In this document: positions 52,101-64,000 of the stretch, piece by piece
Layout: each line of letters opens with the position of its first letter
Position numbering within the stretch: the stretch's first letter is position 1
Source: Catajapyx aquilonaris
Lineage: Eukaryota
Reading direction: 5' to 3'
Assembly: GCA_000934665.2 (NCBI GenBank)
Contig: JYFJ02000723.1
Span: 1 to 64,000 of the forward strand
Length of the DNA stretch: 64,000 nt
The notes under the pieces: model-generated
Database searches by the model: none
What the model saw: the letters and a program-made list of their open reading frames with translations, nothing else
Told to the model about the DNA's origin: nothing
Program-made: the position numbers and the translations under genes

Positions 52101-53812
52101 TTTGAAACCCTGGTCCCAATTTTTTGTTAGGGCTTAGCCTATTACCAAGTTGTGGGGGGGCTGGCTCCCTGAGGAAGGAAAAAGAGAGCAAGTCTGAGAC
52201 TTTGGGAACAGGAATTGCGTGCAAGTGTTGAAAAATCAAAATGGGTGCAAAATGTCTCTCATGTAAACATGTGCAATGTTTGCAAGTCACAATAAATACT
52301 GTTTTAGGGTAATGTTACAACAGCATTTAGTGAAAGTTATGATTGCAGATAATGACTGCTACATTTGGGTAATGGTTAGATTAGGCCTATTTTTAGTGAC
52401 TTATTGGAAGCAGGCCAGCATACTGATCAGCAAAACAAAGCAATTCCTTCCCCAATTAACCTCAAAGAAACTCGCTTTTCTTCACCTTCTGGTCAACGAA
52501 AGCGTGGCTTTTCCTCCGACTTCTCCCAAGTCCTGATCTTCCCCACACTGGGACAGTTATTTTGAGCAGTGAGTGTCTTGAGAAGAAACTGGGTCAGCCA
52601 AACCCACTGAGACTTTCTCACTCCTCCCTCCTCTTTTTTTTTGTGTGTAATATTCCATGGTTGGTGACATCCCCTCAAAGTTGAGCATGTTAAAAAACAT
52701 TTCCATTCTACTGGAACAGCCAGTTCACAAAAGTGCCTGCCTTGTGGTTATATTTGTGTTATTTTAACTTGTTAAAACATGTGCCCTGGTGGATCATACA
52801 GGTGTTAAAACTGTTGGATGTTTGAACATTCATGTAACCAATGAGATACATTCTAAAACTAATCTAATTTACAGTCATATTATCATAAACATATAATTAC
52901 AGATGTCTATTATTGACATAACGAGCATGAAGGTAATCTGAAATATTTTTATCTCTTCCTTCCCCCACATGACATTCAATTAGCCTCACTAAGTCTCATT
53001 ATTGTTGGCTACAATATTGGTACCTTAGTGGATCTGAGTCTCTTGTAATAATGCACCGCATAATGTAAGTATCAGGCAGCAAATGAAGACGAGTACTTCC
53101 CTCTTCTACAGTCATAAACTCTATAACAAGCCAGATGCATTCATCCAGTGCTACAGAAATGCACTGTCACAAATCCATCACACCACCTATACACAACAAT
53201 CTTCCACCTACGAGAATGATACCATATACAGAATCTCCTTATCAAGTGTGATGGCCAAGGCCAAAAAATTATGCAACTGAAAAAGCAATAAAGGTGTGCT
53301 TCAAATCAGTAATGAAAACTACAAGTGACTTTTCAATCCAGTTGTACATACAATTGATTTTACCTGCATAAATTCTTGCATGTATGAGTCCATGCCTTCA
53401 TCAATAACCTGCATAGTAATAAATTACCTGCATCAACCAATATACCGTAGCAGTGTCTCAGTACATTGAATTATTGGCTACAGTGTACCTGACTTTAATT
53501 GAAGGTTGTGGGTCTTCCGCTATTAATGAACTGTCATTTCCAAGCATGTACATACACACCCCTACACTAAGGGCCCTGTTCATACTGGTGGTAGCATTAC
53601 AAGGCCTAGATGGACTCGATCCCATACATTACTTTCCCTCGTCTTATCGTTTCTCTGTCAACCATGAAAAGGGAAAACGATGGCCAACAAAAGAGATTTT
53701 AAAAAACATTCCGACTAGTCTTCGGTCTCCACTCGCGAATTTCTCCTAGTCATCGCTAAATGCCTAGTTTGTGCTCGCTTCATGCGATCAAGCTGAAGGG
53801 AAACATACTCAC

Positions 53813-53960
53813 CACAACCGGGGGACCGAGATTCCGAGGACTAGAACAGGGCAAAGGCTGCCAAAGCGTCAGGCGCCGCTCTTCGATTTTGCTTCAGATT
53901 TTTTTTTTCTTATTGCTGTTTTTTGACCTGAATTTCGCAGCGGATGTGAACGAAATGACG
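53813..53960 (-). other. Probable non-coding first exon for CLIC-like and/or TAF10
   Basis: ATG-free CpG-rich block with an initiator-like TCATTTC near 53955 and donor GTG|GTGAGT at 53813/53812. Confidence 0.6.
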
Positions 53961-54400
53961 CTCTAGCAAAAGGCACTCCATATTTGCAAGTAGGCCGAGC
54001 TTCAAACAAAATGCCAGAATCTGGCCAATCAACATTGCTTATAGCAACACCCACGCAGGTTGTTGGCCAATCAACGTCGGACATATCTGTGCGTGTGGAA
54101 ATTTAGAAGTGCGATTTCACATCATTCGCCAAAACCGGATGTGACGAATAGGGACGCCATTTTACGCGTAAAAAATCCTTAAACCGTATTAATTTAATAG
54201 ATAAATGCATGCAAACGGTATTTAAAATTTGAAAATAATAACAAGACATTCATGAAAAGCCTACAATCGCTTACAAAATGCAGGAGTGTTCCTGGACGGC
54301 GATAGCGATACGAACACTTGCCTCCCTCAATGGCCGCGTCGTTTCTGCCGAAAATTCGTTGAAGCGTCGTTTTGTTTGATTTTGTGGTCTTCCCAAGTTT
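53960..54400. promoter_or_regulatory. Bidirectional promoter between the minus-strand first exon and PPIH
   Basis: Two identical CCAAT boxes TGGCCAATCAAC (54022-54033, 54064-54075), ETS-like CCGGATGT (54135-54142), YY1-like CGCCATTTT (54155-54163); CpG-rich. Confidence 0.7.
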
Positions 54401-54418
54401 CATATTGAGAAGGAAAAG

Positions 54419-55475
54419 ATGCCAACTTGGAACCAGATCCAGGGCCAGTTGAGGCATCCCAACAACCCTGTCGTGTTCTTCGACCTCATGGTCGGAACCA
54501 CGGTAAATTACATGTGGTCGCAGGCAGAATGGACAAAAACCACTCTTCGTTTCTCCAACATTTTAACTTTAATTAACTCTAATTACACGCAGATATGCCT
54601 GAATTATTTTTTGTTGCATTTTGTAAATATTTGTCATTTTTCTATTTTTAATTTCTTAATTTTCCATTTCATTATTTTTAAATTGGTAATTTTTCATTTT
54701 ATGAACAAAACAGTTCATGACCTATGGAACACTCGACATAATATGAAGAGCTAACTACAGCTGCAATATATTAATAGTGGCCTAACTTGCATTTAGGCTT
54801 TAGCTTTGCTATGGAGAGAAAATGTGTTTGCAGAATAGTGTAACAAATTGTCATTTTTTTTTCTTTACAGGACATAGGACGTATGATGATGGAGCTGTTT
54901 GCAGACATTGTGCCCAAGACATGCGAGAATGTCCGTCAGTTCTGCACTGGCGAGTACAAGAAGGACTCGGTTCCAGTCGGGTACAAGGGTGCCGGGTTCC
55001 ACAGGGTCATCAAGGACTTTATGATCCAAGGAGGAGATTTTGTTAATGTAAGATTTGTTGTTCGTGGGCCTGTTTACAATATGTCGCAATGTAATCACCA
55101 ATTTTGTGACTTTGCAGGGGGATGGAACTGGCGTTATGAGCATTTACGGTGGAGGAACTTTCCAAGATGAGAATTTTGTCTTGAAGCATGATGCACCCGG
55201 ACTGTTGTCTATGGTAATATCTGCATAATTAAGTTAATTTTTATAACCAGTTACATCCTATTTCTCTGGAATTTCAGGCAAATAGTGGGAAGGACAACAA
55301 CGGCTGCCAATTCTTCATCACATGCTCCAAGTGCGACTTTCTTGATGGCAAGCACGTCGTCTTCGGACGTGTCATCGATGGCCTTTTAGTCATGAGGAAG
55401 ATAGAGAACGTGCCGACCGGACCAAACAACAAGCCCAAGATTCCCGTCATAATATCACAATGTGGACAAATGTGA
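54419..55475 (+). CDS. PPIH: Peptidyl-prolyl isomerase H (U4/U6 snRNP cyclophilin)
   Basis: Exons 54419-54502, 54871-55047, 55118-55213, 55278-55475. Motifs [76 protein letters not shown]. Confidence 0.96.
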
Positions 55476-55822
55476 ACTCCGCAAATAAATTCCATCCCAT
55501 TATTATTTTGTAAACTCTGTCAATTTGCACCCTAACTAATGTGTGACAGAATACTGCAGATTTATCTCTCTAGTTTGAAGCTGTATATGGAGCAAGGAAT
55601 GCCCCGCAAAGTATCACAGACATAACTGGCAATGTTTCAAATTAATCCTGTTTATAATTTACAATAAAATAAGTTTTTTTTCATAACAAGAACAATTTGC
55701 GCGTAATTTCGACTTCTCTCCGGAGAGAAGCCATATCACCGGTTTTGTTTTGCATGACGACACTTCAGGTTGACGTACTCTGTTCGAATAATCTGCGTCG
55801 CCTGACATTTTTCGGCTGGAGA

Positions 55823-57277
55823 ATGGCAGAAGACGGACCGAGGTTCTACCCAAACCCATACAAGGACCTGTCACACGGAGGGAAGAGCGATGTCATCAAT
55901 GCGCAAGATGGAACGGTGATCGTCTCTTTCTTTATTGCCTTTTTACAGCAGGTTGTTATACATTAGGATGTGTTTGCAGATTCTTCCAGAGTTTCGCACT
56001 AGAGTGGAGGAAGCAATCAGCAGCCTTCTAGCACGGTTGGAAGCGTCGATTGAACGTGATGGGCTGGATTGGAGTGACACGTCTGTGTACACTGGTGTCT
56101 CGGGGATTGCCCTTCTGTACATGCATTTGTCTGAGAAGCTTCGGAATCCAAGCTTGCTGGCCAAGAGTCGGCCGTATTTGGAGCGGTCACTGCCTCGCCT
56201 CAGGGGCAAGAGGGTCACCTTCCTCTGTGGCGACTCGGGCCCACTGACACTTGCGGCTCTCATGTATCATAAGATGGGTGATCAGCAAAAGTCAAGGGAA
56301 GCTGTTAATGATGTCTTCAAGATGGCCCGGTCTACTTTAGATTCAGATGTACCGGATGAGCTCTTGTATGGACGTTCTGGGTACTTGTACTCGTTGGCTT
56401 TGCTTCGAAAGCAGATTGGAGTTGACACACTCCAGGTTGAGACGGAGCTGCAGTCCGCTGTAATCGACTCTGGACGCTCCTTGGCTGACAGACACACCCC
56501 ATTGATGTATGAATGGCATGGAAAGAAGTACCTGGGTGCTGCCCATGGCGTAACGGGGATCCTGGCCACATTGATGCAGTGTGATTCCCAGTCTCCACTG
56601 ATTCAACCAGCATTGGACTACCTTCTGAAGATCCGGTTCTCCTCTGGTAACCTTCCCTCATCTATTGGCAGTGGGTCAGACCGACTCATCCACTGGTGCC
56701 ATGGCGCACCTGGTGCTGTGCACTGCTTCCTCATTGCCTATCGCAAGTACCAAAAGCAAGAATACATGTCCGCAGCTCTCCAGTGTGGGGAAGTCGTGTG
56801 GGAGAGGGGTATCCTCACCAAGGGGTATGGAATATGTCATGGAGTTTCTGGAAATGTCTACACATTCCTGCACCTCTTGCAGGCAACTAAGGCAAGTACT
56901 GGAAATGTGCATTACCCCCAGCCTTGCAATCTCCAATCAGAGCATACAACAGAAAAATGCAAAGCTAGCACTAGTGTTACACCATGACTACACTGGCCCA
57001 AGTTAATACAAACTGACAGTTCATTCTTGATGTTGTTCCAGGATCCAAAGTATCTACACCGAGCCTGCAAGTTTGCGGAGTGGTGCTTTGGGTATGGTAA
57101 ACAGTCCATCCGAACTCCAGACAGGCCTCTTTCACTCTTTGAAGGTAAGATGGGTAATTCGATGCTGTAAGAGGAATTTATTGACATTATTGCTTCTCAG
57201 GATTGGCAGGAGCTATTTACATGTTGGCCGACTTGCTGGACCCCCAAAACGCCAAGTTCCCATCATTCATACTCTAA
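55823..57277 (+). CDS. LANCL: LanC-like protein (LANCL1/2 group)
   Basis: Exons 55823-55915, 55980-56891, 57042-57144, 57201-57277. Motifs PDELLYGRSGYL, YLGAAHG, HWCHGAPG, YGICHG, TPDRPLSLFEG. Confidence 0.95.
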
Positions 57278-58368
57278 AGATGTGTTTGCATGTCATTTAT
57301 TGACTGTATACAAATGTATCTCCATGTTTTTTTCATTTGGGCTCTTCATGTCTCCCTACCCAATAAAGAGTAAAAATAAAGGACCAAAAAAAAATGGACA
57401 TGACCAGGTGACATACTACATTGTTTACAGCCATTCACAGCCAGACTTGGGTACAAGTTATGTGTTTGTTTCCATGTGTGTGTATGTGTGACTATGTACA
57501 TTTTGTAGCGCTCGATTCTGTACAGCACTGGGCCTGTTGTTGTGTCATTATTTAAAACAACAACACTTATTAAAATAATAACACAATAAAGTTGTCGCTT
57601 TTTAAAGGAAAATACAGAACGAAGGGCTGGAAGTGGCTGTAAGATAGATTGTATCTTGGGAAACCAAACATGGAATTAACAATATGGTACTTAAAATTTT
57701 ACCATTTTTGCTACCATTCTCATACACACCATAAAATTCACAACTTGGCCTGCTGGCATTAGTCATGGCAAAATGAAAAATATGCATGCTGTAAAAAGAA
57801 GTCAACATGCAAGTGTTCATTACATCCATGTGTAGACAAAAAAATTACTGGTACAGTATATACACAACGAATTCATTAAGCTATGGCTATGAATAAAGGG
57901 TGCTTTGTGAATTTATCATAAGATTTTTTTTTTTACTTGATCATTTCCCATGGCAACAAGACTGGGAAAGAAAATGAGTAATACTGCCAACTATACAACA
58001 AAAAAAGTACAACTAGAGTGAAAATTTGGCCAAAAAAATGTCAAAATTAAACCTAAGACAAGATATGGAAACATCTTTTCACAGAAGTAAGGGAGTAAGA
58101 ATAATATGGCTTTTACTCTTTGTACAACTTTGAGACATGTGATGTATACTTCTTTTCCATTACGAAAGGTTACTACCCTCCTCAGAAAGAAAAAAAAAAA
58201 AATCATCCACTTTTAGCACTTGCTCTCAGAGCAAAAAATTTTACAAGTGGCTTCATTTCTAAAAATTCGGTTCACGTCATTCAACGACATTAGTCAAAAG
58301 TTAGGTACGGTCACATGGGTTATTTGTCCCCTTTTTTTCATTGTTTATTCACTGTCACGCCAGGTGCT

Positions 58369-60956
58369 TCACTCGGTCTTCTGCTGACAGTAGAGCTCCT
58401 TTAAAGATTTCAGCTCCTCAATAAGGGCTTTGTTCTGGTTCTCCAGCACAGCTACTCTGTTCTCCAGGCACTTTATGTACTCTTTCTTCTTCCGCCTGCA
58501 TTCCCTTGCCGCTTCCCTAAAATATAAATTTTTGATCAATTTATCATCATCATCAAACCTTCAGCACCTGGCCATACAATGAAGACGGCAAGTGGGGTGT
58601 CAGAAAATAATTATTATAAATAGCTTCACTTCACTGCCTTCTGACCTGTTTTTAAGAAGGCGTAACTCCCTTTTCCTTGCTGCCTCTTCTGCCATCTGTT
58701 GTGCAGATTGAATGGTGGGAGTTCCTGTGTTGGATGCCACAACAACTCCAGCTGCATAAGGTCACAGATCAGTACCATCAGTATGCATAGATATGTTTTG
58801 CAACATGCAATATAACAAGTGCACTAATCATAATCTTGATCACACAGAAATATGTCTTTAATGGATCCTGGATGCTGCAAAAACCTATCAATCACAAAAC
58901 ATTTGTTTAATTCCAATGAAGGATTTACACCTATCACATGCAACAAAATCTTGCTCAGTGCAGAAGATTTTTGTGGAAAAAAGCAACTCCAATACAGACA
59001 GGTTTTGCCGCGTCTTATTTACAGATCTTTACAAATTTCATGACAATTTTCTCCAGCATATTTGGCTATTTGGGAGGAAAAATTATAAATAATCACATTC
59101 TCCTACCTGGCACAAAAAACTGGCCATCTTGGCTCTGGGCATACTGGACGATGGCCCCACTGGTGGTTGCGTTGGCCATGGTAAGTGTTTGAATACCTTG
59201 TACCTCACCCTGGCTGCCAGATGCTGCTATCTGAATTGTGCCTGCAGGGATCACTAGTTGAGTGGGGAGTTGGAGAGTAAAAGTGGGGCAGGTGGAGGGA
59301 CAAATATACAGGAATTATTATACAAGCAACAGTGAGGGGAAGATGCAATAAAGAATAAAGAGCCACACAGGACACAGAAACTAGTGATATCTTCTCCCTG
59401 AAGCTTGTGAAACAATGCCAAATTTACTCAGAATTACTTTGTGTGCATATTTGCCCAGCGCTTGTCAAAATTGGCTAGTGTTGTGGTTCACAATACATTC
59501 CTGTCTATTCACACAACTACTACTTTTTCTCAAGGGCGCTTCAGAGGCCTGATTTTATATGTAAAGGTAAGCGTCCGATGTGCATTTGCAAAAAGAAATT
59601 GTTGCGTGAAGAGACCATTGTAAAATTTAAATTTGAACCATATCGAACCAACAGGAGAGGAGTGATGAATCTCAATAAGGATTCTCCTTGCCTTCCCAAA
59701 ACATGCCTGTACTTCACAGCCTTATGGGATGAAGACACAGTAGAAGTGAAGCGCATCAAAGATGAAAGTATTATCTTCTGATTTCCCTACTGCCAGCCTC
59801 AAACCACACATGTTAAAGGAGTCACATTGAAGTGCAAATTCCCATTTACAAACAGTGAACATAATCACACTGCTGCCACTGCAGGGGAATCCATACATGA
59901 TGATCACACATTCATTTCCATATCCAACCAGATATGACCATCATCATGATTTGGTATTTTATATGATACTTCAAGTTGTTCACCATTACAAGGTCATCAC
60001 AATCACTTACAAGTTCAGCAAATGAATCGTGAAGTCATCCCAGAAACTGGGATTACTTGCAACGTATGGCAGTGTGTGTTGTGCCCTATGCAAGCTATAG
60101 TACGAAGCTAATGTGATTCCACTGCAGTAGCAAGGTGAAGAAACCCAAACAGCAGGATCTTGTTAGCAAAAAAAAAATATCTAAGTTTGACAGGAGAAAC
60201 AATGACACAATCTACTCGTAACCTCCCACACTCCAAGCCACAAATAACTATGTCCAATCACACATTGAAACTCAGAGAAACAATTTTCCAAACATGGATA
60301 GGAAACCCTTTCGTCATAAGAGACTGTCCGAACGTAAAATTTGACTACGAAGACCAAATTGTCGGCACACATATAACTGCAATCCAAGTGAAACTAGTTG
60401 TGGTATGACCTAGACCTCGACACATATGAATACAAGGCAAGAAGAAAGAATCCCTTGGAAAGCAACATCTCTGTATATTTCGCCCTTCCTTATGGTTGCT
60501 CTCACCGTATCTGTACCGGCCGTCCATGTCCACGACGTCTGCCTCAGCGTACTCACCCTTAAGCAGGCCGGTCTGGTAGGCACCCCCAGAGAGGGAGATC
60601 GTCCCCCCACCCCCCTCGTTGTCCTGGCTGGAATCAGATGTGGTGGGGGAGTCTCCTTTCTCGTCTGACACAGACACTGCTATCTCTCCACCACCAAGGT
60701 CATTGAGGATCTTTCTGTAGGAGGGCCTCCTGGCCAGGATTTCTCGCCGCTTCTTTACACCCTGGTCGTCATCATTAGACATGCTCTCATCACTGCCAGC
60801 GTCTACTACCTGCAGGGTCTGCAGGTTCCCTGCTGCAGTCTGAATCACAGAGTTTGGCTTCACCAGAATCACGTTGCCCTTTTGGAGTTGTAGCGAGGGA
60901 ACGTTGGCAGCAGTCTGGATCACTGACTGCTGTGGAGTCTGGATGACACTCTGGAC
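58369..60956 (-). CDS. CREB: cAMP response element-binding protein (CREB/CrebB), 3' exons; 5' exons not identified
   Basis: Exons 60956-60557, 59253-59107, 58751-58646, 58516-58369. KID RREILARRPSYRKIL, Q2 region, bZIP RKRELRLLKNREAARECRRKKKEYIKCLENRVAVLENQNKALIEELK. Confidence 0.96.
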
Positions 60957-61351
60957 CTGGAGTTCAATATGGTTATAGTAACCAGTGATGCATGGCACGT
61001 ACCTTAAATCAGACAACTTAACAGTAACTGTTGGAAGGCAAAATTGCCTGATTCTGACACTGATGTGAGGCATCAGGCAGTCTACATTTACACAACGGGG
61101 AGAAAAAGTTTCTTATGAGATCCCTCTGGTGACTTGGCCAGTTCTAAACCGAATAATTTCAATTCATATCTGAAAACCTCTTGTGCATATTCACTAACAA
61201 TACCCAAGTTCCTCTTGCTGAATTGTTAAAATATTTCAAATATGTTCTGCACCACTTACCACCTGAGTGACTTTAACTGACAAGAAAGCATTTATCAAAC
61301 AGTGTAAAAGCAGGAACTGAGTGAGATTTGTTACCATTGCCTGTACACATA

Positions 61352-61908
61352 CAGTTGAATCCAGATATAACAGCCTTGGCTGTAAGTCTGTAACAGACTT
61401 TCGGTTATAACAGACTCGAAGGCTGCAAAACTTCCGTAAGGCCCTGTGTAATTTGACTCCTATTGTAACAGACTCATTTTCACTTCACCTCAGGTACAAC
61501 AAACCATTTCTTGGCCCCTCTCTGGGAAAATATGCTGTTTTTGATTACTCAACCTCCTTTCCCAAAGGAGGAAATCACTGCATAATGTAGATGGGGTGAT
61601 TTTTCCACCTGTCACTGATCTAACACTTGAATAAAAGGTCAAAATAATTTTTTTCTGGTATATTTGGCAAGGACGAGATGGCAGAATAATATGACGGATT
61701 TTTTTGGTCCTGCCTACGTTACAGGTGAGCTAATTTGCAATGTTTGCGGATAGTTTCTAATCAGCATGCATTAGTGTGCATTATAAGCATATGAAAGCAG
61801 AGAAGTTGTGTTTTTGTTGCAGAAGTGGTGATGTGGCTATAACAGACCTGGGTTATAACAGACTTATTTCCTCGGTCCCTTGACGTCTGTTATATCCAGT
61901 TTCAACTG
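61352..61908. mobile_element. pogo/Tigger-like MITE
   Basis: Imperfect TIRs CAGTTGAATCCAGATATAACAG / CTGTTATATCCAGTTTCAACTG, TA on the left flank, subterminal TAACAGAC repeats; non-coding. Confidence 0.8.
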
Positions 61909-62678
61909 TGCTACAACCAAGCTGCAGCATGTTTAATATGGGACATTGAAATTTCATACCTTACAATTTCATTAATTCCATTGGGAGAAAAATACTTTAG
62001 TACCAGATACAGCCAGTCCCCAACTTACATACTGTAGCATTATAAATAAGTCGAATTAATGTAACTTGCAACGTGTTTTTCCTCACACATCAATACTAAA
62101 GTCACTTCCCTATTCAATTGAGGCCGTTGCAGTGGGAATTGGTTCCTCGAAATGCCCAAAAGCGGGTCGCAAATGTCTGTCATATGTAAACTGAGTTAAG
62201 AAATGAGTATGTGGGAAGAATCACGTTTCCAAATGCTGCAATTTAACTTGCAATTATTGACATTTCACTTTACCACTTATTCCGTAAATTTTATTACACG
62301 TTGAACATCGTTTGTGCATGTCGATAAATTTTAAATGCAAGTACATAAGTTGGAACTATTCAAGTTGGGGACTTGATGTATCACTATAAGAGATCACTCA
62401 TTGTATGTGACTAACTGAAAATGATTTTTAAAAATTTACTGCTTGGTATGATTTTGTTGTACCAAAATATGGCTGCATTACATAACCCCTGAGTCAATAT
62501 GACTTTATGTCCTCATTTTTTATTTATTCACTATGTCACCACCACCATCATCTTTAACAATAACAATAACGAACAACAATTCTTCAAATTGTGATGGAAC
62601 TTTGAAAAGGAAATTGCCAAGTATGTGGATGAAATCAATAGTACCCTTTCTACTACGTTTGTGACTTGACTTGTGACA

Positions 62679-63427
62679 TACGAGGTAGGTGTGAAAAGCT
62701 TTGCCTACTATGCGATGTATAATTTCAATAACACACAAGATGCACACATAAACTGACTGTATGATGAATGCTTGGAATGTCCTCTATCAGGTGGTTTCAC
62801 TACTTTTCCATGAAGTCACCATCCATATAGTCACACGCATGCGCCAAAGTTGGACCTGTTGTTGCATCTCGTCAGAGAAAGAAATCAGGGGTCTTCTCCT
62901 GGCACCAGCCATGCACATTTGGTTGCACCTTCGCATCACTGGTGCAATGGTGTACCTTCAGGTGTTCTTTCAGCTGTGTTAAAAGGAAAAAAATCGCAAG
63001 GTGAGAGATACGGTCTGTATGGATCTGATCCTGCAATGCATCCTGCATTTGTCGAATCATGTGTAGATGAGCCTCGTCATGGTGGAAGATTGCCATACAG
63101 TCCGGATCTCTCGCCTTGCGACTTTTTCCTTTTCACGAAGCTGAAAAAACACCTCAAGGGTCACCATTACACCAGTGATTCGGAGGTGCAACCAAATGTG
63201 CATCACTGGTGCCAGGAGGATCCCTTAGTTCTTCTCCTGCAGGATGCGACAAATGGTCTGGCGTTGGTGTATGCTTGTGGATAGGGATGGTGACTGTGGA
63301 AAACCAATGAAACCCTCCGGTAGAAGACATTACAAACTTTCACCAGATATACAGTTTGTGTGTGCATCTTGCGTATTATTGAAATTATCGCATAGGAGAT
63401 AAAACTTTTCAAACTGACCTCCTAGTA
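62679..63427. mobile_element. mariner-derived foldback element
   Basis: Two ~340-bp imperfect inverted arms. The right arm encodes the mariner motif PYSPDLSPCDFFLF.KLK.HL.G, mirrored in the left arm. TA at both ends. Confidence 0.88.
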
Positions 63428-64000
63428 TCACATTCCAATGTAAAAACACTGTTCACATACACTAATCAGAAACAATTCCCTATGATTATTGCCGGCATTG
63501 TGTTTGTTATAGGCCTCCTACAGCTCAAGAATTTTTTACCTTGGGAGGTGTAAGTCATAACATGAGATGGATAGCTTTATCCATCTCACGTGCTCCTATT
63601 AATTATCGTCAGACAATAGGTGGGTTGCTACATTGTGTCCCACGGGCCTAGGTGCTTCCGTAATAGGGAATTGGGCTTCCCTTCTCAGAAGCCTCCCAAT
63701 TTCCTTAAAACAATCACCAAGACTTGTTTCAATCATAATCATGGCAGCTAACAGTAAGCAGAGACTGAAAAGTGGCACAATTTTCATTGCGTGATGTGTG
63801 ACAAAAATTACACAACAATATTCCCCTTTATGCATCACAGGATCTGCCAATATACCTCATGCTTATATAGGAATTAGATATTTCTTAGACAAATGCAAGT
63901 CACTAGAAGGCACTACATGATGAGTGGAAGTGGTTGAAGAAAATCACTATAAACAATCCTGTCAACTGGGTAAGATTTTTATGGATCCATACACTGCAGG

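Noticed and set aside
56895..57012. H/ACA snoRNA in the LANCL GC-AG intron
   Set aside because: AGAAAA and ACA are present, but the first hairpin is weak and the ACA abuts the likely branch point.
55823..57277. Lanthipeptide biosynthetic cluster
   Set aside because: This is an ordinary intron-containing animal LANCL; no dehydratase or precursor peptide is nearby.
1..64000. CRISPR arrays, operons or other prokaryotic/phage systems
   Set aside because: No repeat-spacer arrays, and all recognisable genes are animal genes, nearly all with spliceosomal introns.

Overview
Eukaryotic genomic DNA from an invertebrate, most likely an arthropod, with compact spliceosomal genes. There are no prokaryotic features. 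0.6-25.7 kb holds a tandem array of four same-strand Tret1-like sugar-porter (MFS) genes. 27-64 kb is a dense block: NOP2 (+), PHB2 (-, with a U12 AT-AC intron), KLHL17 (+), TAF10 (-), an intronless CLIC-like gene (-), PPIH (+), LANCL (+, GC-AG intron) and the 3' part of CREB (-). Two RNA genes are recognisable from their boxes: a U85-type composite C/D-H/ACA scaRNA in PHB2 intron 1, and a U3 snoRNA antisense in a KLHL17 intron. The best candidates for something undescribed are (i) a ~270-335 nt nested-stem RNA-like element divergent from NOP2 that matches no family I recognise, (ii) a CLIC gene apparently nested in, or sharing a first exon with, TAF10, and (iii) possible UGA readthrough of KLHL17. 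Repeats include three distinct tRNA-derived SINEs, MITEs, a mariner-derived foldback and microsatellites. All exon boundaries and family calls were made by eye and from remembered consensus sequences; no searches were run.
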